Shown in pieces: positions 25,615 through 37,973 of a stretch of DNA of 44,788 nt. Under the pieces are notes generated by a model. It did not search any database, was not told the DNA's origin, and worked only from the letters and a program-made list of their open reading frames with translations. Position 1 is the first letter of the stretch, and the number at the start of each line of letters is the position of its first letter. Location of the stretch: positions 1 through 44,788 of the forward strand of contig JAGVNL010000012.1 of assembly GCA_020053275.1 (NCBI GenBank), read 5' to 3'. Position numbers and translations under genes: made by a program. Source of the stretch: a bacterium. Its GTDB lineage: Bacteria > Patescibacteriota > Patescibacteriia > UBA9934.

Positions 25615-26410
25615 ACCAATTTTTCATATTGCCAATTTCCCCGTGACCAACACCATGCTGAACGCTTGGCTGGCCACGGCTTTTTTTATCATCATCGCCT
25701 TTGTTGCCTCGCGCCGTACCTCACTTGTCCCAAAAGGCGTTCATAACTTTTTTGAAGCAGTTATCAGTGGTCTCTTCGATCAAGCGGAGAAGGTAACTGG
25801 TAGCAGATCAAAAGCTAAACTCTTCTTCCCACTGTGTGCTACCATCTTCCTTTTTGTCCTCGTCAGCAACTGGCTGGGCCTCGTACCCGGCACTGGTACG
25901 CTCGGCCTGTGGCAGCTGGTGCACGGTGAGGCAGAATTAGTTCCACTCTTCCGCCCAGCTACCAGCGACCTCAATCTCACCCTAGCTATTGCCGCTTTTT
26001 CAGTCATCATTACCCACATCATGGGCGTTAAAGCGCTTGGCTTCACCAATTACTTTAGTAAGTTCTTCAACATTCGTGGTATCTGGCGTTCCTTCAAGAA
26101 AGGTCCAATGGCCATCATTGTTGCCTGCATCGAGTTCTTCGTTGGCCTACTCGAAGTGATTGGTGAGTTCGCCAAAACGCTCTCGCTTTCTCTCCGGTTG
26201 TTTGGTAATGTCTTCGCAGGCGAAATCTTGATCGGCGTCATGATGAGCCTGGTCTCGTTCGTCGTTCCAATACCATTCATCTTCCTAGAAATTCTCGTTG
26301 GTGTCATTCAGGCCACGGTCTTCGCCATGCTGGTTCTTGTCTATTTGACGGTCGCCACCCAAGCGCACGGCCACGACGATGAAGATCATCACGAAACAGC
26401 TCACGCTTAA
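25589..26410 (+). CDS. atpB: F0F1 ATP synthase subunit a
   Basis: NWLGLVPG, RPATSDLN, SLSLRLFGNVFAGE, LVGVIQA. Alternative start at 25556. Confidence 0.95.
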   Translation: MALVPLAAEPIFHIANFPVTNTMLNAWLATAFFIIIAFVASRRTSLVPKGVHNFFEAVISGLFDQAEKVTGSRSKAKLFFPLCATIFLFVLVSNWLGLVPGTGTLGLWQLVHGEAELVPLFRPATSDLNLTLAIAAFSVIITHIMGVKALGFTNYFSKFFNIRGIWRSFKKGPMAIIVACIEFFVGLLEVIGEFAKTLSLSLRLFGNVFAGEILIGVMMSLVSFVVPIPFIFLEILVGVIQATVFAMLVLVYLTVATQAHGHDDEDHHETAHA

Positions 26411-26443
26411 ATAATTCATTTGAAAGTAACGCGCGGCTAGTGA

Positions 26444-26710
<267 letters not shown>

Positions 26711-26730
26711 TCCTCATCAACAACTCTCTT

Positions 26731-27276
26731 ATGTCTTCAACTTCCGAAACGACAACTGAAGTGGCAGAAGCCTCGGGGCCAGCCGCCGTACTAGGCGCCT
26801 TTGGCTTGCGTGGCGATTTGTTTGCCGCCCAGTTGGTCAACTTCCTGCTCGTTCTACTTGTCTTGTGGCGTTTTGCTTACAAGCCGATTATGAAAATGTT
26901 GGAGGAACGAGAAGCAAAGATCTCCAAGAGTGTTGTCGACGCCGAGAAAATCGAGCATCGTGTTCGTGAGTTTGAAGTAGAGCGAACAGACCTTCTTTTG
27001 GCCGCCCGCAAGGAAGCGCAAGAAATAGTTGTCGCTGCCGTCGGAGCCAGCGAAGAACGCAAAACAGAAATGCTGGAAGCAGCCAAGCGTGAAGTAGAAC
27101 GCGTTATTAGCAAGGGCAAGCAGCAGCTAGCGCTCGACAAAGAAGCAATACTAAAAGAAGCACGCAAGGATATGGTAGACATCGCCATGAAGGCCGCAGC
27201 ACGGATCCTCCACACGGGGATAGACGAAGCGAAGTCGCAGTCGCTGGCGGAGGAAGTGGTGCGCAAAATGACCTAA
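26731..27276 (+). CDS. atpF: F0F1 ATP synthase subunit b
   Basis: AQLVNFLLVLLVLWRFAYKPIMKMLEERE plus coiled coil. Confidence 0.93.
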   Translation: MSSTSETTTEVAEASGPAAVLGAFGLRGDLFAAQLVNFLLVLLVLWRFAYKPIMKMLEEREAKISKSVVDAEKIEHRVREFEVERTDLLLAARKEAQEIVVAAVGASEERKTEMLEAAKREVERVISKGKQQLALDKEAILKEARKDMVDIAMKAAARILHTGIDEAKSQSLAEEVVRKMT

Positions 27277-27277
27277 T

Positions 27278-27670
27278 ATGGCTAAGTTAAACATGACAAT
27301 TGTTGCCACCGAGGTCGTTAAACTGGTAGAAGACAAAACGCCAGCTCAAATAAGCGCAATCATGAAGGAGGTAGTGTCGCTGCTTAGCGAACAAGATGCT
27401 CTAGGTAGGTGGCGAGAGCTCGAAGCAGCTTTTCATAAAGCATGGAAAACTATTCACGGCGCTTCAAAAATTACCATCGTTTCCGCCCACGAGCTAACCA
27501 AGGCAGCCAGCAAGGCGCTAGACGAACAAGCTAACGGGGCAGAGGTAGTAACAATTGTCGACAACAGACTCATCGGCGGTGCAGTTATTCGTCTGGATAA
27601 CTCACGACTCGATGGCTCGATTACAGGATCCTTAATGCGCCTCAAAAACGCAATGTATACAGAAGTTTAG
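27278..27670 (+). CDS. atpH: F0F1 ATP synthase subunit delta (short)
   Basis: IVSAHEL...[22 protein letters not shown]; operon position. Confidence 0.85.
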   Translation: MAKLNMTIVATEVVKLVEDKTPAQISAIMKEVVSLLSEQDALGRWRELEAAFHKAWKTIHGASKITIVSAHELTKAASKALDEQANGAEVVTIVDNRLIGGAVIRLDNSRLDGSITGSLMRLKNAMYTEV

Positions 27671-27678
27671 CGAATATT

Positions 27679-29184
27679 ATGGCAAAAAAAGTAGACATTA
27701 TAGCCGCCTTGCGCGAGCAGGTTGCAAATTTCAAAGCCGTCTCCAATGTTGAGACAGTCGGCACTGTACTCTCGGTTGGTGACGGTGTGGCTCGCGTTTC
27801 CGGCCTCACCAATGCCAAGGCTCAAGAAATGCTGGACTTCAACGGCGTGACTGGCATCGCTCTCAACCTCGAAGAAGAGGTCATCGGTGCCATCATTCTT
27901 GGTGAGTCAACAAATATTAAAGAAGGCGACACGGTGCGTTCCACTGGTCGCATTTTATCAGTCCCAGTCGGCGACGACATTGTTGGCCGCGTGGTCGACG
28001 CACTAGGTAATCCAGTCGACGGTAAGGGCGCAATCACCGCTACCAAGCAAATGCCAGTCGAGAAGGTGGCCCCAGGTGTTATGACTCGCAAAGGCGTTTC
28101 CGTGCCTCTGCAAACTGGCATCAAAGCTATCGACGCCTTGATCCCAATCGGTCGTGGTCAGCGTGAACTTATCATCGGCGACCGTCAGACCGGCAAGACC
28201 GCCATCGCTATCGACACCATTCTGAACCAGCAAGGCTTGGGCGTGAAGTGCGTCTATGTTGCCATCGGTCAGAAGGAATCCAAAATCGCCAACCTCCGCG
28301 CTCGTTTAGAAAAGGCTGGTGCTATGGAGTACACCACCATCGTCTTGGCTGGTGCCTCAGATCCAGCGTCAATGTTGTATGTCGCGCCATACGCTGGCTG
28401 TGCCATTGCCGAATATTTCATGGAAAAGGGCGAAGATGTGCTCATCGTTTACGATGATCTTTCCAAGCACGCCTGGGCCTACCGCGAAATATCGCTCTTG
28501 CTCCGCCGTCCACCAGGCCGTGAAGCCTATCCTGGTGATGTCTTTTACTTGCACTCCCGTTTGCTCGAACGATCAGCTCGTGTCAGCGAAGAACACGGTG
28601 GGGGATCAATCACCGCCTTGCCAATCATCGAAACTCAGGGTGGCGATGTGTCAGCCTACATTCCAACCAATGTCATTTCTATCACCGACGGTCAGATTTA
28701 TTTGGAAAGTGATTTGTTCTACCGTGGCCAACGCCCAGCACTCAATGTCGGCTTGTCTGTTTCCCGTGTCGGTTCTGCCGCCCAAACAAAGGCCATGAAA
28801 AATGTCGCCAAAACTCTCAAGGTCGACTTGGCTCAGTTCCGCGAGTTGGAGGCCTTCTCGCAGTTTGCTACAGATCTCGACGAGGCCACTAAAAAGCAAA
28901 TCGAACGAGGCCGCCGCGCCATGGAACTAATGAAGCAAAAGCAGTACGCTCCCTTGCCGTTCTTTGAGCAGGCAGTCGTCATCTTTGCTTTGAACGCCGG
29001 TCATCTCGATGTTATTCCAGTCGTCGACATTCTCCGTTTTGAGGAAGAACTTTTGGCCTATATGCGCAGCACCGGTGCGTCAACCTTGAAGTCAATCGAA
29101 TCCTCCAAAGATGTTTCCGCAGAAGCTAAAACCGAACTCGAAAATCACATCACTACCTTCATTAGTATTTTCCAAAAGTCATAA
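27679..29184 (+). CDS. atpA: F0F1 ATP synthase subunit alpha
   Basis: [40 protein letters not shown]. Confidence 0.98.
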   Translation: MAKKVDIIAALREQVANFKAVSNVETVGTVLSVGDGVARVSGLTNAKAQEMLDFNGVTGIALNLEEEVIGAIILGESTNIKEGDTVRSTGRILSVPVGDDIVGRVVDALGNPVDGKGAITATKQMPVEKVAPGVMTRKGVSVPLQTGIKAIDALIPIGRGQRELIIGDRQTGKTAIAIDTILNQQGLGVKCVYVAIGQKESKIANLRARLEKAGAMEYTTIVLAGASDPASMLYVAPYAGCAIAEYFMEKGEDVLIVYDDLSKHAWAYREISLLLRRPPGREAYPGDVFYLHSRLLERSARVSEEHGGGSITALPIIETQGGDVSAYIPTNVISITDGQIYLESDLFYRGQRPALNVGLSVSRVGSAAQTKAMKNVAKTLKVDLAQFRELEAFSQFATDLDEATKKQIERGRRAMELMKQKQYAPLPFFEQAVVIFALNAGHLDVIPVVDILRFEEELLAYMRSTGASTLKSIESSKDVSAEAKTELENHITTFISIFQKS

Positions 29185-29193
29185 TCTTCGCTT

Positions 29194-30075
29194 GTGGCAG
29201 TTTCTCGCAAAATTATTCAACGCCGCATCAAGTCGGTTCGTAATACCAGAAAGATTACGAAGGCGATGGAATTAGTGGCCGCCGCTAAAATGCGTCGGGC
29301 AGGGGCGGCAGTTGTCAAAACCAGGCCATTCGCCACACTGTCGTGGGAAACCATTCGGAAAGTTGTGGCCGCAACTGGTGAGTCGGTAGAACACGCATTA
29401 CTGGCAGCTAAGCCCACTGCCTCGCGAACATTATTGGTGCTCTTCGCCTCAGATAGGGGACTGGCTGGCGGGTACAATGTCAACATTCTCAAGCTGGCAC
29501 TGCAAACCATTAAAACCCTACCAGTCGGTAATGTCGACGCTATAACAATAGGTAAACGAGCCGGCGACGCGATGGCTAGAACGGGTGTACCAATGATTGC
29601 TTCGTTCACAGGCCTCGCCGAACAACCAAAGTTTGCCGACATCGTACCGATCGGTCGCCTGATCATCGAGCAGTTCACTAAAGGTAATTACCAGAATGTC
29701 ATTCTCGGGTCGACAGAATATGTCTCCGCCATCACGCAAAAGGCCAACATCAAGACATTGCTTCCGATCACTCTCGACGAAGCAATAGGCGGAGCCACCG
29801 CTCCCCGCCAGAACGAAGCAATCTCGTTTGAACCAAATCCTGCTCGTGTCCTTGATCGCGTTCTTCCCGGCTTGCTAGAAACAATGGTTTACCAGGCCTT
29901 ACTCGAAGCAGCAGCTAGTGAACACGCCTCTCGTATGATGGCTATGCGGAACGCCACAGACAGTGCCACGGAGATGCTCGACGACCTCACATTCACTTAT
30001 AACCAGGCTCGTCAAGGCGCCATCACGCAAGAAATTGCGGAAATCAGTGGCGGCAAGGCAGCCTTGGAGAAATAA
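29194..30075 (+). CDS. atpG: F0F1 ATP synthase subunit gamma
   Basis: KITKAMELVAAAK, SDRGLAG, SEHASRMMAM, RQGAITQEIAEI. Confidence 0.97.
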   Translation: MAVSRKIIQRRIKSVRNTRKITKAMELVAAAKMRRAGAAVVKTRPFATLSWETIRKVVAATGESVEHALLAAKPTASRTLLVLFASDRGLAGGYNVNILKLALQTIKTLPVGNVDAITIGKRAGDAMARTGVPMIASFTGLAEQPKFADIVPIGRLIIEQFTKGNYQNVILGSTEYVSAITQKANIKTLLPITLDEAIGGATAPRQNEAISFEPNPARVLDRVLPGLLETMVYQALLEAAASEHASRMMAMRNATDSATEMLDDLTFTYNQARQGAITQEIAEISGGKAALEK

Positions 30076-30076
30076 A

Positions 30077-30158
30077 AGTCGGTAGTTAGTAGTTGGTAGT
30101 CTGTAGTCAGGCTCACTAACGAAGCAAACTACTAACTACAAACTACATACTACCAACT
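30077..30158. repeat. Inverted pair of heptamer tandem arrays
   Basis: 5x AGTnnGT-like units (30077-30111), then 5x ACnnACT-like units (30124-30158). Confidence 0.8.
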
Positions 30159-30162
30159 CTAA

Positions 30163-31539
<1,377 letters not shown>

Positions 31540-31543
31540 TTTT

Positions 31544-31975
31544 ATGAGTGAGCTTAAATTAAAAATCGTCACTCCTGAACGCATCGTCTTCGAGGGCGCT
31601 GTCGACTCGTTGACAGCCATGACCGAGAACGGCGAAATCACCGTGTTGCCAAATCATATTCCGCTGGCAACTCTACTTAAGGCTGGTGAGATGCGAGTAA
31701 TGAATGGCAATGATCTAACACTCCTCGCAGTTTCCACCGGTCTACTCGAGGTCCATGCTGGCAATGAGATTGTCATTCTAGCCGACACCGCCGAACGCTC
31801 GGAAGAGCTTGAACTGGCGGCGATTGAGGCTGCCAAGCTAGCAGCCGAGCAGGCGCTGTCAGCAGCCAAGAACAAGGACAGTGTCAGCTTTGCCGACGCC
31901 GCTGCTCACCTCGAACGAGAATTGGCTCGTTACCGCGTAGCTATTAAACATAAGCATCGCTCGTCCAAGAACTAG
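31544..31975 (+). CDS. atpC: F0F1 ATP synthase subunit epsilon
   Basis: IVTPER, GEITVLPNHIPL, ILADTAE. Confidence 0.95.
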   Translation: MSELKLKIVTPERIVFEGAVDSLTAMTENGEITVLPNHIPLATLLKAGEMRVMNGNDLTLLAVSTGLLEVHAGNEIVILADTAERSEELELAAIEAAKLAAEQALSAAKNKDSVSFADAAAHLERELARYRVAIKHKHRSSKN

Positions 31976-31992
31976 TGGTACAATGGGGCAGT

Positions 31993-34854
31993 ATGAGCAC
32001 GCTTCATGACGGCCTAAATAAGGAACAACTGCAAGCTGTCACGCATGGCGCTGGCCCCTTAATGATTGTTGCTGGGGCAGGAACAGGCAAAACTACTGTT
32101 ATCACCAAGCGCATTGCCTGGCTGATTGAATCCGGTCTCGCCAAGCAAGAAGAAATCCTCGCCCTCACCTTCACAGAAAAAGCCGCCACAGAAATGGAGG
32201 AGCGCGTTGATCAACTTTTACCAATCGGCTACCTCGACCTATGGATAGCCACCTTCCACGGCTTTTGCGAGCGCGTACTCCGTACCTACGGCATAGACAT
32301 CGGCCTCGCCAATTCGTTTAAACTTTTTACAACTGTCGACACCTGGATGCTGGTTCGCAAGAATCTCGCACTTTTTAATTTTGACTACTTCAAGCCACAA
32401 GGTAATCCTACAAAATTCATCGAAACTATTTTGACGCACTACTCTCGTGCTAAGGACGAGGGCGTCACGCCAGAAATGTATCAAGCGAGCGTCGCCAAGC
32501 TTGAACTCAACGCAGCATCAACCGAGGAAGAAGAACTTGAGTTAAAAAAGATGCGCGAGCTGGCAAACGGTTACGCTGTGTACCAGCAACTACTGGCGGA
32601 CAACTCCTCCCTCGACTTTGGCGACCTCATTCTCCAAACTCTAACCCTCTTCCGTACCCGTCCAAACATTCTAAAAAAATATCAGGCGCAGTTCAAGTAT
32701 ATAGTGGTCGACGAATTTCAGGACACTAACTCTGCTCAGTACCAGCTTATAAAGTTGCTCGGCGGTTCGGCTCGCAACATTACGGTAGTGGGGGACGACG
32801 ACCAAGCTATTTACCGTTTTCGTGGTGCCGCGCTAGCCAACATCCTTAACTTCCGCACTGACTTTCCGGACACGGCGCGCGTCGTCCTAACTCACAACTA
32901 CCGCAGCGGTAAAGTAATTCTCGACCACGCCTACAACCTAATTCAAAACAATAATCCGCATCGGCTCGAAGCTAGCGAATCTCTCAACAAACAACTCATT
33001 GCTGCCAACGGCACGGAGGGTTTTGTGCAACACCTCCACCTACCAACTCTCACCGACGAAATCGCCCAAACTGCGGAAATCATCCTTGCTCTGCACGCTT
33101 CTGGTTGCGCTTGGAACGACATCGCTATCCTCGTTCGCGGTAACGACGCCGCAGATCCCTTCATCCTCGAGTTCGAGCGAGCCGGCATTCCGTATCGCTT
33201 CATGGCCCTGTCTGGCCTCTACACTAAACCAATTATCCTCGACGCTTTGGCATATTTGCGAGTAGTTGATCAACCACACGACAGTCCATCGCTGTACCGC
33301 ATTCTCAGTCATCCGCGGCTTGGCTTAACCGAAAAAGATCTCGTCGAGCTAAGCTATCACGCTCGTAAATCCGGCAGCACCTTATTTCAAGCCCTAAGCA
33401 GTTGCCAGTTTCTGCCACAAATCACCCTTGAAAGCAAAGAAACCACACTTGCCATAATTAAGTATCTTGAAGATCTCCGCTCTCATGCTAAACGATTACC
33501 AGTCACCGAACTCTTTGTTGAAGTGCTAAAAATTACTGGTTTGCTGGCCGACACCGCGCGTTTGGGTGAACGGCAACAGCGCGAGGAATACCAATTAATG
33601 CAATCATTTTTGGAACGGTTGCGTCGCTTCGCAGCTGGTAGCGCAGACAAAAGCGTTCATGCTTTCCTGGAAGAATTTACTCACGAACGGGCAGCTGGCG
33701 AGAGTGGCGCCCTACCACACGACATTGAGGAAGGCCCTGATGTCGTCAATATCATGACGGTGCATGGTGCCAAAGGTTTGGAGTTCCGTTTTGTCTTTGT
33801 CGTCAACCTTGTTGAGCAGCGTTTTCCCTCACAGGCTCGCGGTGCCTCATTGTCATTCCCGCTAGGCCTAGTTAACGAAGATTGGTCGAGTGATGAGCAC
33901 CAGCGCGAAGAACGCCGTCTCTTTTATGTTGCGATGACGCGAGCCAAAGAAGGTCTTTACCTCCTCTCCGCCGACGATTACGGTGGTGTCCGCTACAAGA
34001 AACCTTCTCGTTATCTGGTTGAGCTTGGCTTCATTGACCCCTCACAAATAAAAACCAGCAAAAAAGATTCAGTTGACACATTGGCTAACTCAACTACCAC
34101 AATCGATAACTCACCAATAGCCTACCAAACCCCAAAAAAACTTAGCTTCACCCAAATCGCCGCCTTTGATAAATGTCCGCTCCAATATAAATTTGCTCAC
34201 ATTTTACATGTCCCAGTTTTTGGCCGTTACCAAATGAGCTACGGCAAATCCATGCATAACACTCTCCAGTTGTTCATGGAGGCGTATTCATCAATTCCAC
34301 TTGTGCCACTGCTGAAAATCTTTGATGAGCAATGGATTGACGAGTGGTATGAGAATGACGAACAAAGAGAGCAATATCGCAGTGACGGTAAAAAGTCATT
34401 AGCTACTTTTTACAAACAAGTTATCACTAACAAACCAAAACCAATATTTCTCGAAAGAGGATTTACACTCAAAATCCTCGATGTCACGGTTAAAGGCAGG
34501 ATCGACCGTATAGACGAAATCGAGAACGGTTGGGAGATTATTGACTACAAAACCGGCGGTGCTAAAACTATTAGCAATATCAGCTGGGAAGACAAACGAC
34601 AATTGGTGCTGTACGCTATGGCTGTAGCCCAATGTTTTACGGAGGCACCGGTCAATATAAAACTCACTTATTATTATTTGGAGAACAACTCAACCGTCAG
34701 CTTCCAAGCGACAGCTAAAGATCAAGCTAAGTTGATCGACAACATCACAGAGTTCATGAGCCTAATCAGGGTCAGCGACTTCGCACCAACGCCGAATAAG
34801 TTCACCTGTTCGTCCTGTGACTTCAAAGATATTTGCAACTTCAACGCCTCATAA
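31993..34854 (+). CDS. UvrD/PcrA-family helicase fused to PD-(D/E)XK (RecB/AddA-like) nuclease
   Basis: AGAGTGKT, VDEFQD, GDDDQAIYRFRGA, TVHGAKGLEF, EERRLFYVAMTRA; C-terminal KGRIDRID..IIDYKTG, QL.LYA and four Cys (DKCP...CSSCDFKDIC). Confidence 0.92.
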   Translation: MSTLHDGLNKEQLQAVTHGAGPLMIVAGAGTGKTTVITKRIAWLIESGLAKQEEILALTFTEKAATEMEERVDQLLPIGYLDLWIATFHGFCERVLRTYGIDIGLANSFKLFTTVDTWMLVRKNLALFNFDYFKPQGNPTKFIETILTHYSRAKDEGVTPEMYQASVAKLELNAASTEEEELELKKMRELANGYAVYQQLLADNSSLDFGDLILQTLTLFRTRPNILKKYQAQFKYIVVDEFQDTNSAQYQLIKLLGGSARNITVVGDDDQAIYRFRGAALANILNFRTDFPDTARVVLTHNYRSGKVILDHAYNLIQNNNPHRLEASESLNKQLIAANGTEGFVQHLHLPTLTDEIAQTAEIILALHASGCAWNDIAILVRGNDAADPFILEFERAGIPYRFMALSGLYTKPIILDALAYLRVVDQPHDSPSLYRILSHPRLGLTEKDLVELSYHARKSGSTLFQALSSCQFLPQITLESKETTLAIIKYLEDLRSHAKRLPVTELFVEVLKITGLLADTARLGERQQREEYQLMQSFLERLRRFAAGSADKSVHAFLEEFTHERAAGESGALPHDIEEGPDVVNIMTVHGAKGLEFRFVFVVNLVEQRFPSQARGASLSFPLGLVNEDWSSDEHQREERRLFYVAMTRAKEGLYLLSADDYGGVRYKKPSRYLVELGFIDPSQIKTSKKDSVDTLANSTTTIDNSPIAYQTPKKLSFTQIAAFDKCPLQYKFAHILHVPVFGRYQMSYGKSMHNTLQLFMEAYSSIPLVPLLKIFDEQWIDEWYENDEQREQYRSDGKKSLATFYKQVITNKPKPIFLERGFTLKILDVTVKGRIDRIDEIENGWEIIDYKTGGAKTISNISWEDKRQLVLYAMAVAQCFTEAPVNIKLTYYYLENNSTVSFQATAKDQAKLIDNITEFMSLIRVSDFAPTPNKFTCSSCDFKDICNFNAS

Positions 34855-34862
34855 CTCTTCAT

Positions 34863-35204
34863 ATGCAAGGTATCGGCAGTTTACTCGCCACATCATTTCT
34901 AAAACGGCACGGCATTGAGCAGTCGGTCACGGCCACTATGATTGTGCAGCGAGCCAATGCCATTTTGGCAGGGCTTATTGTGGACTCACCGCTTAAAAAT
35001 GATGTTTACATAATCTCCTACAAAAACGACGAGCTAGTCGTTGCCTGTCGTCATGCCGCAGCCTCACACGGTGTGCAGCAGTTATTGCCACAGTTGCGTG
35101 CCGCCATTCAACAAGACTTTCCGAACAAATCATTTTTGGCAATGCGTACTCGTCTTAGCGGCCAAGAGTGGTATAATAATATCGCACTTGAATCTGGCCT
35201 ATGA
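34863..35204 (+). CDS. DciA (DUF721) family protein
   Basis: IGSLL N-terminus; IISYKNDELVVACRHAAASHGV matches the DUF721 pattern. Confidence 0.65.
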   Translation: MQGIGSLLATSFLKRHGIEQSVTATMIVQRANAILAGLIVDSPLKNDVYIISYKNDELVVACRHAAASHGVQQLLPQLRAAIQQDFPNKSFLAMRTRLSGQEWYNNIALESGL

Positions 35205-35584
35205 ATTTGCGTGATTATCTTCTATCAATGTTGTTCGGCACTCTTGCTGCTTTGGCCGCAGTAATTATCGTCCTAATCATGATCGACCCAGCCAGTGCTG
35301 GGCTGCTAGCTTTCGCCAGTCTATACATCACACTTGGCGCTGCCGCTGTTGGCTGCTTCACCATAGTTGGAACCCTCGTTAGAGTGCGTCGGCAAGAAGC
35401 AGGAGCAGATGTTGGCCAAGCTGTAGCTCGTTCACTCCGCCAAGCCATCTTCTTTGCCATCCTACTCCTCATCTCGCTTTTCCTCTCTTCGCGTGATTTG
35501 CTCACCGTGTGGACAGTTATCCTCCTCATAATTTTGGTAACCTTAGTTGAGTTTTTCTTTCTGGCGGGGAAGCGTGAGGCGTAG
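35201..35584 (+). CDS. Hypothetical 4-TM membrane protein
   Basis: IDP, SLRQAIFFA, LVEFFFL; TG-G-TATAAT upstream (35168-35176). Confidence 0.75.
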   Translation: MNLRDYLLSMLFGTLAALAAVIIVLIMIDPASAGLLAFASLYITLGAAAVGCFTIVGTLVRVRRQEAGADVGQAVARSLRQAIFFAILLLISLFLSSRDLLTVWTVILLIILVTLVEFFFLAGKREA

Positions 35585-35604
35585 TAAGATAGGCATTACC
35601 ACCT

Positions 35605-36657
35605 ATGCTTAACCGTCTTTTTGGTCGCTTTTCACGCGACATCGCCATTGACCTCGGCACTTCTCATACTCGCCTTTTTATTAAGGAGAAGGGGATTGTC
35701 ATGCACGAGCCATCAATCGTCGCCATCAACACCCGCACTAATCAAATTCTCGCCGTGGGTCATGCCGCCAAGGACATGGTTGGCAAAACTCCACCGCACA
35801 TCGTGACTACTCGTCCGCTAAGTAAGGGTGTCATTTCGGACTTCGAAGTAACAGAAAAAATGTTAAAGTATTTTGTCGACACTATTCATGAAGAGTCATT
35901 TACCATCGTCCCGCGACCTCACATTGTCATGAGCGTGCCACTCGAAATTACCGAAGTTGAACGCAAGGCTGTGGAAGACGCCGCCCTCGGCGCAGGCGCT
36001 CGTGAAGTGTCGCTGGTGGAGTCGCCAATTCTCGCCGCCCTTGGCGCTGGTTTACCAATCGAAGCGTCTATCGGTAACATGATAGTGGACATTGGCGGCG
36101 GTACCACAGAGATCGCGGTCATCTCGCTATCGGGTATTGTTACCTGGAAGTCGCTAACAGTAGCTGGCGACGAAATGACCAAAAATATTATTACCTACGC
36201 TCGCGATGTTTTCAATATTCTTACAGGTGACAAAGTTGCCGAACAAGTAAAAATGCGCATTGGCAGCACTGTGGACACTGGCGATCGCCTAGAAATCGAA
36301 ATGCGTGGCCGTGACTTAGTAACAGGCTTGCCAAAACAAGTAATCATCAACGAGGGTCAGGTACGGGAAGCTATCTACAAATCAGTTAAGGTCATCATCG
36401 AAAACATCAAAGCCACTATTGAAGTCACACCGCCAGAACTAGTTGCGGATATTTATGAACGGGGCATAGTCCTCACTGGTGGTGGCGCCTTACTGCGCGG
36501 CATCGAGCGCAGCATCAGTAAGGAGGTAGACATTCCAGTCCGCATCGCCGAAGACCCAATGACCGCCACTGTTCGTGGAGCTGGTATACTGCTCGATCAG
36601 CCATTACTCTTGAACGACATCGCCCTCCCAGCAACTGGCCACGACGCCGTTCGTTAA
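35605..36657 (+). CDS. mreB: Rod shape-determining protein MreB
   Basis: AIDLGT, EPSIVA, ITEVERKAV, VDIGGGTTE, LTGGGALL. Confidence 0.95.
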   Translation: MLNRLFGRFSRDIAIDLGTSHTRLFIKEKGIVMHEPSIVAINTRTNQILAVGHAAKDMVGKTPPHIVTTRPLSKGVISDFEVTEKMLKYFVDTIHEESFTIVPRPHIVMSVPLEITEVERKAVEDAALGAGAREVSLVESPILAALGAGLPIEASIGNMIVDIGGGTTEIAVISLSGIVTWKSLTVAGDEMTKNIITYARDVFNILTGDKVAEQVKMRIGSTVDTGDRLEIEMRGRDLVTGLPKQVIINEGQVREAIYKSVKVIIENIKATIEVTPPELVADIYERGIVLTGGGALLRGIERSISKEVDIPVRIAEDPMTATVRGAGILLDQPLLLNDIALPATGHDAVR

Positions 36658-36666
36658 TACATAAGT

Positions 36667-37473
36667 ATGCTACGACAGTCTCGCATCACCAAGACCGGTT
36701 ATGGTTTGCGCACTGCAGGTATTTTTTTCGCTATCATCATCGGCTATTTGTTGTTACGAGCAATCCCTCCAGTGGGTCGAGTTTTTAATCGCTTAGAACA
36801 TGGTTTGGTTGTTATAGGTACCGGCATTGGCGGAATCATCTCTCGCGTGACTAGTTCAGAATCCTCAACCAATTCTCAGTTAAACATTTGCTCGGATAGA
36901 TTAGCAGAGGCCAGTGTACAAATAACAAATCTGAGCGAACAAGCAAAAAATATTAGTGAGCTTGAGTCGCTACTTGGCTACATTCAGGAAGCAAAGGTTG
37001 TTGGTGTTGTGGCTCGCATAATTACTCGTTCGCTACCAGAGACAGCAGAAGTTACTATAGACAAAGGCAGCCAGGACGGCATAGTCAGCGGTAGCGCAGC
37101 CACCATTGGCCGCGGTCATTTGCTCGGCGTAGTTGGCAGCGTCAATAGCGGATCAGCGCAGGTAAGACTAGTTAATAGTAAGGTGAGTAGCATCCCAGCC
37201 ATGATAATAAATACCAGTCGCACCATCGGCTTGGTTGAGGGGCAGAACGGCTCGGTCCTGCGCATGCAGTATATTCCGCTAGACGCCACTATTCACGAAG
37301 GCGATGTCGTTGTGACCTCAGGTTTGGCCGGTAATCTACCTGCAAACATTGTGATTGGTATCGTTACCAGCGTCATCAAGGTCGAGACAGCCCCCTTCCA
37401 GGAAGCCTTGATCGAGCCACTCTATGACGACAGAACCTGGACCAATGTTTTGGTGCTAAGTTCAACACCTTAG
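36667..37473 (+). CDS. mreC: Rod shape-determining protein MreC
   Basis: TIDKGSQDGI, GDVVVTSGL..P..IVIG; position after mreB. Confidence 0.92.
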   Translation: MLRQSRITKTGYGLRTAGIFFAIIIGYLLLRAIPPVGRVFNRLEHGLVVIGTGIGGIISRVTSSESSTNSQLNICSDRLAEASVQITNLSEQAKNISELESLLGYIQEAKVVGVVARIITRSLPETAEVTIDKGSQDGIVSGSAATIGRGHLLGVVGSVNSGSAQVRLVNSKVSSIPAMIINTSRTIGLVEGQNGSVLRMQYIPLDATIHEGDVVVTSGLAGNLPANIVIGIVTSVIKVETAPFQEALIEPLYDDRTWTNVLVLSSTP

Positions 37474-37474
37474 T

Positions 37475-37972
37475 ATGCGTGAAGCAATTTATCTTGCTCT
37501 CGGTTTTTTTGTAACATTGTTCATCGCCTCATGCGTTGTGCCGTCGTTACCGTATCCGCTTTATTACACACCTCTAATTACTATTACCGGTCTACTTGTC
37601 TTGCAACGAGGTATTATCGGTGCAGGTCTTGCTTGGTTAATCATCGGTAACTTATTGCTTGCCACGAATCATGTTTCACCACAAACCTTATTACCACAAT
37701 TAGCAGCCACAGTCATAGCAGCCTTTTTCGCTACTCGAGTCTTCGCTACTCGTTCGGTGTACGCCCTCATGGGACTGGGCTTGCTTACAGGTTTAGTCAT
37801 TGGCCTAGTAACATTACTCATAGCCTTGTTTAGCTTAGCTACTGGAGGATTCGTAGCATCTAGCGGATCAATCATTTGGTCCTTCGTCCTCTTGCAAATT
37901 GGCCTATACATAGGATTCATGACATCCATTTCTCTTCGCAACTGGGCAAAAAGAACCTTCGTAGTTCGTTAG
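37475..37972 (+). CDS. mreD: Probable MreD membrane protein
   Basis: 165-aa, 5-TM protein between mreC and mrdA; call is mainly positional. Confidence 0.55.
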   Translation: MREAIYLALGFFVTLFIASCVVPSLPYPLYYTPLITITGLLVLQRGIIGAGLAWLIIGNLLLATNHVSPQTLLPQLAATVIAAFFATRVFATRSVYALMGLGLLTGLVIGLVTLLIALFSLATGGFVASSGSIIWSFVLLQIGLYIGFMTSISLRNWAKRTFVVR

Positions 37973-37973
37973 T

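Noticed and set aside
30077-30158. Possible CRISPR array
   Set aside because: Units are 7 nt with no unique spacers; no 25-40 nt repeat-spacer pattern or cas genes were seen anywhere in the window.
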